Assembly: GCF_006345805.1 (NCBI RefSeq)
Contig: NC_042998.1
Location: forward strand, 175,336,001 to 175,400,000
DNA length: 64,000 bases
Direction of reading: 5' to 3'
Origin: Octopus sinensis
Lineage: Eukaryota
This document shows positions 36,202 through 46,389 of this stretch, in pieces; position 1 is the stretch's first letter, and each line of letters starts with the position of its first letter. The translations under genes and the position numbers were made by a program. Under the pieces are notes generated by a model. It was not told where the DNA came from. It made no database searches and saw only the letters and a program-made list of their open reading frames with translations.

Positions 36202-37294
36202 TATTTTGGCTCCTCGCACAGGTGGGGGTGGCAGTTGTACAGTGCTGCCTACCTGTTAGGTTTCTGCAGCCACTGGCTGTCGAACGATGATGAAAAAAGT
36301 CAGCAGTTGGGTAGTCCAATGGTCAGTACGTCATGGTAACAAGTGAAAAACAAGAATACAAGAACAGCCTGTCAATACAATCACTATCTGTCAAACAAAG
36401 AAGACTTGAACATAGTAATCCAGTAGTGTGTGTGTGTGTGCGCGCGCATGGCTGGACATAGGTTGTGAATCTCTCTTCACAGCCATGTGACTTTGGGGTT
36501 CAGTCCCACCATGTGAATCCTGGACCAGTTCTACTATAGCCCTAGATTGGCTAAAGACTTGTGAGAGGATTTCGTAATGGAACCTGAAAGAAGCTATTCA
36601 TAAGATTGAAGAACTTTTGACCGTAAGTCTAATTAATCAAGGCTACCCTGTGAAACAACAACTAAAACAATAAATTACTTTAAGAAAGACAAGCTAGCAT
36701 TGAAGTGTCTAATTGGTCGTTCGACCTACAAAAAACAGCAGCTAAATCTTCTCAGATCACCCCCTTACTGTCTTGAAAAAGGAAGGACCCATATACTCCG
36801 TCTGGAAATAAGACAGGGAGGATATGGCTGGGATATCTTTGACCATTTTGACGGCGGAGGTAAAGAATACCACCCGTTTTCGGCGTAACAAAAACCTTAA
36901 CCCTAACTACCGGGTGTGCGTATTCTTTAGTTTCGCCCAATTTGACTGCCTTCTTGACCAGAGTTGACGTGTTGTAGTGATAAACAGCATTCATATAAAT
37001 TAGCTTTAAGATGTAATAAAACGAGAAAGTTAGCAAAAGTGCTTTTTGTCTGCAACAATCTCCAATCAACAGGAGAGATTGTGACTCAGCCTGCAAGAAA
37101 TAGCAGTCAAATCGCACTCTGCTATCTTAGAAGCGGACACATTGGAAAGTGTAATCTTAGTGGAACAATCAACCAGAGACAATATGATGACGGGTAGAAA
37201 ACCTTCGGTCTTAGTCTGTTTGATCAAGGCGGATCCAGGACTAAACAACAAATGATTCTCGACTTAAAAATTTGTTTCCCCCATAGTAATTGAA

Positions 37295-37397
37295 CTTCTG
37301 CGTCATACCGGAAGCGTGGTGCATTGTGGTAGTGTGGTTGCCATAAGGGAAAATCGGCAGGTTGTGGTGGCTCTCAAAAGAAATTCTCACTATGGCG
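37295..37397 (+). promoter_or_regulatory. EIF3G proximal promoter / 5' UTR
   Basis: CCGGAAG ETS core at 37308-37314, TGCGTCA at 37299-37305, and ATGGCG (YY1-like core) at the start codon; locally CpG-richer. Confidence 0.5.
37392..37396 (+). CDS. EIF3G: EIF3G coding exon 1 (ATG GC only)
   Basis: ctcactATGGC|gtaagt is a consensus donor. The phase-2 intron joins to A GGA AAA CTG at 37508. Confidence 0.8.
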
Positions 37398-40300
37398 TAA
37401 GTCTTTCATTATATATATATATTCATTGTAATGTCCGTTCACGTTGAAATAGATACTCTCTCGTTTGATTGCGTATATTAATATATGTGATTCTTTATTT
37501 TAATCAGAGGAAAACTGAGCTGGGCGGAACAGGTTGAACACGAAGGTATGTGGCTTATTTCGCACAAATTATATTTCGGTGTAAATGTCCACTATTATTT
37601 ATCATATTCTTTTGTAGCTGTAATCTCTCTATTTAAATTTACTTTTGTGAATTTATTTCCACAGTTTTTAGTTAATGATTTGAGTAACATTTATAAAATA
37701 GTATACATCTGTCAAGCTACTATTAAAGGCATAATATCATCAAGCAGCCGGTGTAAAGATTTTCTTTCACCACATGCTTTTACTATTTCGGTATTCTTCC
37801 TACAGCTGTCAGAATTTATTAATACTATTTTAACTTTTTAATCAATGTTTGAAATACTTTTAAAACAAGAACTTCTCATGATGGATCCCATTCTCTCCTT
37901 CGATATTTCATATATATTCATGTTTATAAATATATATATATACATCCACACTTTAACCAGCTGTCGGTTCTCTTGTGTTTCCGATTCTAAATGGCGCCGT
38001 TCAATACGGTTTTTTTGTTTTCTTTTTTTCCTTTTCTCAGTTTTGAACTTTATCTTGCATTTCTCTTAATTGGATCAATTAAAAAAGATAAATTTCGGCG
38101 ATCCTTACACAACATACTGTCTGTCTCCCACACCCCATCAAACGCGCACACATGTACATCAATGCTTCCCATGCACGGTAACTTCAAAAGAACTTCCCTC
38201 GTCATACAATCGCTTTCTCTTAGTCTCTTTCGCTCTCATTACCTTCAAAAGTTCCCGCAAGCCCATATGTAAAAAAAAAAATTTTTTTACGGAAATCGAC
38301 GGAAAGGTCTACTAGAGACGAAAGATTGCCTAAATTTCTTTGCAGTCTATGCTGAAAATTTTTCGTTGTCTTTTGTTTAACATCTTATATTGTTGGGCCC
38401 TTCTCCATCTCGGTCGCATTATTGGAATATAAATTAACCTTAAGTAAATTATTTGCCATCTTATCAACCTCAAGAACCTGAAATTTAAAATTGTTTTCGA
38501 TGTGATTTGAACTGAAAACATAAAAGTGCCGCAATTAAATACCACACAGCGCTTTTGTCCGACACAAACCATTCCGCCACGATAGTTTTTGTCTTTTCTG
38601 TTCACGAGTAGAAAAATGACGCAGATTGTGTGAGTTGGACATAATTGTACTTGGTTTATAATAAATTTTACCATTATTATTAGTTCTGTTCTTGTTAGTA
38701 TAGATAGAATTGACTCATTGATATATAAAATTTAATATTTGTTTGTCGTATAAAGTACACGATCGCATCAATATTTAGGATAAGCTATACGGTATATAAT
38801 GAATAATAAATAGTACATGTAGATTTTCGCTTCAGTCCTTTTAGTATATAAGAAGATAGTCTCTGTTGGACATTAGAACAGCAAAAAACTAGATCAGATT
38901 TGTAATTCGAGCTTTGTCGCAGTAGAAACGGAAATTCTATGGTAAATTCTCATTTAATTTAGGCTTGCAGTTGCTATTATACATTCCATGAATTTAATGA
39001 ACTAATTCAGTGATACATCTTCAACTACGCATCCGTCTTTAATTGCAAGTGCTTAGTTGTAGTTTACAATATCTGGTAAGCGTTTTTTTCATATTTTTCG
39101 ACCGATTTTAGGGCAGTTGGTTAAAGAGGCTGGATGAATAATTGCTCATTTATTCAAAACAGCATTGTCTTTCTAGAACCGAGTGGTGTTTTTTGTTGCT
39201 GGGTTTTTTTTCCCGCAAGACGCATCTTTATGGATTCAACGCAATATATATTTTTTAATATTTGAAATAAACCATGTATATTTAAAAAAAAACTATCGTT
39301 TAAGTTTTCTTTCGCCTTTTAAATACAAACCCACTGTAATGTTAGATTTACTAGAAGTATCATATTTCGTCAGAACGATTTTTAAAAAATTTTCATTTCG
39401 GCACTAAAACCTCAAGTTTCTGCCTTTTCCTGTAGTCATTCATTTGACAGGTCTGTGAAATGACATTTCCAAACCTTAAACTTGTATTCTTGTTGTTCTG
39501 ATTGTCAAAAGTCTATTAGTGTTCAGTCAAAATCATTTTGTGCTTGTTTTCTCAAAGTACCATATACTTATATTAAAATTCTATATAAATACAGTTGTAC
39601 ACATCATACCTTTCATGATCAGATGCTTCTCTTGTTTCTTATCTTTTATTCTCTTTTACTTGTTTCAGTCATTTGACTGCGGCCATGCTGGAGCACCGCC
39701 TTTAGTCGAGCAAATCGACCCCGGGACTTATTCTTTGTAAGCCCAGTACTTATTCTATCGGTCTCTTTTGCCGAACCGCTAAGTGACGGGGACGTAAACA
39801 CACCAGCATCGGTTGTCAAGCAATGCTAGGGGGACAAACACAGACACACAAACACACACACACACATACATATATATATACATATATACGACAGGCTTCT
39901 TTCAGTTTCCGTCTACCAAATCCACTCACAAGGCATTGGTCGGCCCGAGGCTATAGCAGAAGACACTTGCCCAAGATGCCACGCAGTGGGACTGAACCCG
40001 GAACCATGTGGTTGGTTAGCAAGCTACTTACCACACAGTTACTCCTGCGCCTATTGTTTATCTAAAATATAATTAAGCATATTTAACTCATCTAACTTAT
40101 CAAATAACAGCCCAGTGCCTAAATACAGGGTATTCCAGGTAACTGCAAACAAAACAGACAGAATAGAATATACTTCCAAAAAAATGGCAAGCAAGCATAA
40201 CTAGATTACCAAAAAAATGCCATTAGACAAACTTGATATCACCATGGAAAACAACTGCACACCAAAATCAAGTGGCCCATATCCCCAGTGGCCACCCTCT

Positions 40301-43300
40301 ATAAGTTCCTGATATTGTGGAGATCACCCCATTCCTGACAACATATTTTTGGGTTTAGAAGATAAGTTGCCATAGGTATAATAATGATTTTTTTTTCGTG
40401 TTCATATTACCCAATGGGTATTTTTTCCTCTCATTTTATTACCAGGTGATATAGCACCTGACTGACAAGATGTTTTGCAGTGTTACATTCCTTTTTGTTT
40501 TTAGTTCAGATCTTATGGCTAACTTTTCATATTTGTGGTCTTATTAAAATAAGTGCCGGTCAATTATGGAATCAATGTAATTTACTTTACTCTCCACTTT
40601 GTAGCTTTGTACCTTTCTTAATAATCATTATTAGTCAATGGCAGGTTCTACAAATTGCATTAGAAGAATTTAGTTGTGTTCTTAGTTCAAAACCTGACAA
40701 TTGATTTTACTTTTCACTTATCTTGCCTTACAGAAATAAATATAAGTATTGAATCTTAAGTGTTAGGTGGATGAAATTTTTATTTCAATGTTTTCTGGGA
40801 CTAGCAATAAAAGTTGACTATTCTCCCTTCATCCATATTTGGCTTTGTAATAGTGTTAAATGTGGGGTTCTTTTTTTTTGTTTTGTTTTTTAACCTAGAT
40901 AATGAAGATGAAATACCTTTAGTTCCTGGAGAATCGGGTGAAGCATCTATTGAAGAGAAAGATGGACTGAAGAAAATCACAGAAGTCAATTGGAGTGAAG
41001 ACTTAGGGAAGCACATTAAGGTATGACATGAATTTTATTTTATTTATATCCATCATATGTGAAATAGTGCCTTAAGTTAGTAACATTTAAAAATATAACC
41101 ATTTGGACAGCAATCTATAGTCATGAATTTATGACTCAATTACCATTGCATCTGTGTTTACTTTTGAAGATTGATTTTAACACCTATTTAATTAGTATTG
41201 CTGTTTGACATATTTAAGTTTGTTGTTTGATTGACTACAAAATTAACATGGTGCCTTCTTAGCATATAAAGTGCAGTGTTTATTTTTAGCTAAAACATCG
41301 CATTTATACTAGGTTCTGCCATGGCTTCATGGTTAAGAAGTTTGCTTCCCAGCTCTGTGATTTCAGGTTTAGTCCCACTGTGTGACCTCATGGACAAGTG
41401 TCTTCTTCTATACAACCAGGTTGGCCAAAACCTTGAGTAAATTTGGTAGGCAGAAACTGAAAGCCTATTAATGTGTGTGTATGACTGCATCTTCTTGTCT
41501 TAGTATTATGCGATAATTTGAAGCAACTGGCACTGTTACACAAGCAGTCTTCATTTCCAATCTTCTGTGTAAATATTAACTTGGAACAGGTGAAAAATGA
41601 TGACAAGAAGGCCATCTTGCCATAGAAAATCTGTTTGCATGAATTCCATCTGACCTATGGAAGCATAAGAAAGTGGACGTAAGAATTATGATGATTTACA
41701 AGTATCACAGTTATGACAGTTTCCTTGTGTTCATTTTGGCAATTTAGTTCAACTCCAAAGAGTTTACAGTTACTGAATTAAATCATGAGGGTATTTTCTA
41801 TCTTTGAACTAACTGCTTTGGCAAATTTAATTCATCAAATTATTTTACCTCATAGTCTAGGAAATATTAGAAATTCTATTTTTGAAAGACTGGTTCCTAT
41901 ATATTTAACCCGTACTGTTTTTCTCTCGACCTTTATTGTTTCTCTTGGTTTGAGTGTGCAATCATTACTGTGACTAAATTGAAGACGACAAACATGATTT
42001 GAAATGCCAAGCTATTTATAGTCTTGAGTTTAATATAACACTGCATAATCATGGAAGACATGTTAAATGATGATATTGCTTATTCATGTATTTTGTTTTA
42101 TAGGTTGTCAAATCTTACAGAGTTGAAACAAAAAAGCTCACTAAATCTATTGCCAGGCGAAAGGTTTGTTTTTTTATTATTTTCTTTTTCTTTCTCTCAA
42201 CTTCTTTCATGAGGAATTCAGTTACATTTACATCCACTAATTTTATTTTATGAAACTGCATTCGCATTCGATATTTCATCAAAAAAAATTTCCTTTGTGG
42301 TGTGTGTTTAAATAAGCTTACACACATGAATGTGATTGTATCAGATTGAGAACCATTTCTTCCTATTCTATTTTAATGTATAAGTTCCAATTAGTATCAA
42401 GCTGCAAGAACATTATATACAAATGAATATCTTGATGATTTTAAATAAACATTATCAATTCATCATCTAGATTAACTCTTGACCCAGCATTTATCTACAG
42501 CAGCAATGTAAATTGATCTGATGTTTCATGAATAGTTTTTTTTTATTAAAACCTTGCTATTCAATTGATTTTGCTATTAATTTTTTCTCTCTCACTTTGA
42601 GAATCATTTGATTTATTCTTTCATCTTAGGTTTTTTTTTTAAAGTTATGCTCTGCAGATTTAATTAAATTTGACATAAATGCAAGGAAAGGGAGTAGAAA
42701 TATTATCCCCTCTCTTGTCTATTCATATTTTATGCCATCTAGTGTCAGCTGAAAAATTCATAAGTTGACCAAGATACTCTAATGGAATTTGACCAAATGA
42801 GGCTTATTTTTCAACATAGTCCCTGTTACTGTCCTCACACTTCTTCCATCAGTGTTGCATTGGTGGAGAAGCTTTCATGCTGTTGGTCAAAACAGCAGAT
42901 ATGACATCACTGCAATACTGGTTCCCAGCCAAGATTTTTTTCACGTTGAGGAATAGATGATAATCAGATGGGGCCAAATCAGGAGAATAGAGAGGGTGAT
43001 CAACCAATTCAATGCCATAGTCACATTGAAACCAAAAATTTGTGTACTGAAGCATTGTCCTGATGAAACAAGATCAAGACCACTTTCATCAGTTTTCTTG
43101 GGCATTTAGTCTTGATAGCCTTTTGTAACTGCCTCAACAAGTTAGCATAATAGTTTCCATTGATGGTGAGATTCTTTTGAAGAATAAACAGTGCCTTTTG
43201 CATCCTAAATAACTGAGGCCATCGTCTTTCTGCAGAGGCAAACCTTTTTTGCCTCAGGTGAGGAGGAGTGTTTCCACTGCATGGATTGCCTTTTTTGTCT

Positions 43301-46300
43301 CTAGTTCAAAGTGATGAAGCTAACACTCCTGGGTTATGAAAATTTCTAGGAAACCAGCTGGATCTTAGTGTCAGATTTTCCCATGATGTGATTAGCCTGG
43401 TGCATCAGATGATGTGGCGCCCACTGAGCAGAAACCTTCATCATGCCAAGTTCATTGTGTAGAATATTTTCAACTCTCTTGTGGCATATGCTAATAGCAT
43501 TGACTATTTGGTTTATAGTCAATTGTCTGTCACCCATCACCATGTAGTGAACACAAATGTTTTCCTCGGTGGTGACTATTGTAGAATGTCCAGACCATAA
43601 GTCATCTTCTAGATTCCCTTCCCCTCCTAAATTCAGCTGCTCACTTTTGCATTGTTGATCAAGCTTGAACATAATGTGGCAACCATGGGGGCAAAATCCT
43701 TCTTCAGCAGGTACTTGATAACACCATGATACCAAATTTTCCAGAGAAGTCGCTACTGGTTACTCTTAAAGTTTTCTTTGAAGAGTCGTGTTAGTTGCCT
43801 TGAAACAATGCAGTTATTAAGGAGATTGAAATTAATGCATGCAAGATTTCATGGCTCTAGCATCATTCTTTCATAGTCACCCTATGAACTTTTCAGTCTT
43901 GCCTTATATCCCTTTCAGACTCAGATTATACAATGTTTGTTGATAGTCAACAAAGGCAAAACAGTTGTCTGGAATTAATACAAGTGTAAGATTTTCTCTC
44001 ATATTACTCAATTTTTTAAGCTGAGTACCTTCTAGTTTGTTCTCTCTAGAGTATTTTTACTTGCTGTTCAGCCTCAAAAAAGAGTGATATGTATTCTGGA
44101 TACATTACAAAAATGGTTTGAACATCTTTACCTATGGGTCTATCCAATCATAAGACAGAGTTTGTTTGCAGGAGATTTGACTGTTAGTTTTAGAACTTGG
44201 TCAGTTTATACTGATTGCAATACAAGACTGATTTTGCACAAAATCTTCCACCAAACTTTAGTCACAATTTGTGTTCCTAACTAAATTATTTTATTAAATT
44301 CTTTGTTATTTTAAAATTTATTGAAAGAAACACAGAGCATATCAACAGAAATATGGTAACAAAAGGGTGAAGTTGATAAAGAGATGATAAACTTGTCTTA
44401 CTATGAAGACTTGCTATGCTAAGGTTCAATAATGCAGCTAATGAATTTTATGTAAAACTCTTATTTTCACTGTCTTGTTTTTTCGCTATACTATGACCAT
44501 ATTTGTTCTTTCTTCAGCAATGGAAGAAGTTTGGATCTGCTGAAAGTGATCCACCAGGTCCTAACCCTGCAAACACGATTATTTCTGAAGACATATTCAT
44601 GTCATTTTTGAACAGTAAAGAGGTATGTAACCCATTGTCTACTTACAGAATATACTAATTGTATTGCATTTTATTAGTTCTTCAATATTCTTGTCAGAGA
44701 ATACCTTCTTAAGACTTTAGATTTTAAACTAGCCCTATCCAGTTCAAACGTTCTGCCTGTTTTATGTTCGAGCTGGCAAGACGCAGCCTCTCACACTCTA
44801 CCATGTCATTCTAAAAGTAAACAATGACCTTTTCGAAATCTTTATGAGATAATGCATGATCAGTTCAGAACGGTGTGAATAAAATGAGCTTTGCATTTGG
44901 CAGTAATCTGAATGGTAAAGTGTTAATATGAAAATTCCTTTGAAAACAATGTGTTAATTTTTTTGTACAGAAATAACAGAATTGTATATGACTTTCTCAA
45001 CTTTTTGACAAATAGTACTTTCTAAATATTTTCAGCACCAAATTGAAACAGACGATGACCCACTTCTGAAAATAAAATCTCAGAAAATTGTTACTTGTCG
45101 TATTTGTAAAGGAGACCATTGGACTACTAGGTGTCCTTATAAGGACACTCTACAACCATTACAAGATAATCTCAAGGAAGGAGAGAAGAAACAAGATGCA
45201 ACAACTCCTGGTAGTGTTGCTGGTTCATTGGCATCAAAATCTGGCAAATATGTACCACCAAGTTTGCGTGATGGTGCCAACAAAGGACGAGGAGAATCAA
45301 TGAACAATAGCAAACGAGGTAAATATATTGTTTTAGTATTTTCCTGGTGAACCTCAAATATTTTAAAGAATGTTTGTTGTTTACTTGAGCATTTGTATAT
45401 AGCATTTCAATTGTGTACATAGCTGCCTCTGTTTTATGCATAACATCATGATTTAACATTTGTTTTCTTTGCTGGCATAAGTTGGATGATTTGATAGGAG
45501 CTGGCAAGCCAGAGGACTACGCCAGGCTCTAGTGTCTGCTTTGGCATAGTTTCTATGGCTAGATAGCTTTCATGATGCCAACCACTTTGCAGAATGTACT
45601 GAGTGCTTTTTATGTGGTACTGATGAGGTCATCAAGACAAAGGGCCTCTCAGCTGAGAGGGGGCGTAGTATTGAAGGAGATAGTTTTGTACCTGGTGACG
45701 AAAGGTTGTAGAGAAGGCACATGAAGAAAGAAGAGAGATGATAAACAGTGTTGGGTTGCAGAAGCCAGAGTTGGGGGCAAGTGTAAGTATATTGGTTCAT
45801 TGGGTGGGGGTTAGTGTAATGTGTGGGTGGAGAGCACATAATGCACAATGCTTCCAGAACTCTGGTTTTGCTGAGGTGGTCAGGTCTTTGCAAGAACCTC
45901 ATATCACCAGACATCTCAGCCCATCGTCATCTCCTGTGAGGCTCAAACATCATCATTAAATGTCCACTTTTCTATGTTTGTGTGGGTCACATGTGATTTG
46001 TTGAGGCACATTTTTCTACAGCCAGATGCTCTTCTTGTTGCCAATCCTCACTTGTTTCCCAGCAAAGTAATATTTCCCATCTCCTGACATGTTGGATTAC
46101 AGAAGACTGGAGACATCTCTTGTATGACAGTGATGTTCATCTCCAACTGTTACATGATGTTGAGACAAGAATACACACAAACACATACATGGCAGTTTTC
46201 TTTCAGTTTCTGCCTACCATATCCATTCACAAGGCTTTGATTGGCCCGAAGCTATAGTGGACACTTGCCCAAGGTGCCATACAGTAGGACTGAACCCAAG

Positions 46301-46347
46301 ACCACATGGTTAGGAAGCAAGCTTCTTAACCACACACAGCCGTATTC

Positions 46348-46389
<42 letters not shown>

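Larger units (their letters stand above)
31257..36401 (-). mobile_element. Full-length Tx1/L1-clade non-LTR retrotransposon (5145 bp) with 10-bp TSD
   Basis: AGACTTGAAC direct repeat at 31247-31256 and 36402-36411; about 200-nt 5' UTR; ORF1 with zinc knuckle; ORF2 with APE, RT and a C-terminal Cys motif; 3' end ...AATAAAGAAATA. Confidence 0.95.

Noticed and set aside
35096-36259. 387-aa + strand ORF
   Set aside because: It is the antisense shadow of Tx1 ORF1, with no motif and a hydrophobic/Ser bias typical of the complement of a Lys/Glu-rich ORF.
38330-38674. 114-aa - strand ORF in EIF3G intron 2
   Set aside because: No recognisable motif, low-complexity hydrophobic composition and no splice support.
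42130-42136. Programmed -1 frameshift at A AAA AAA in EIF3G
   Set aside because: The conserved downstream frame is +1, not -1.
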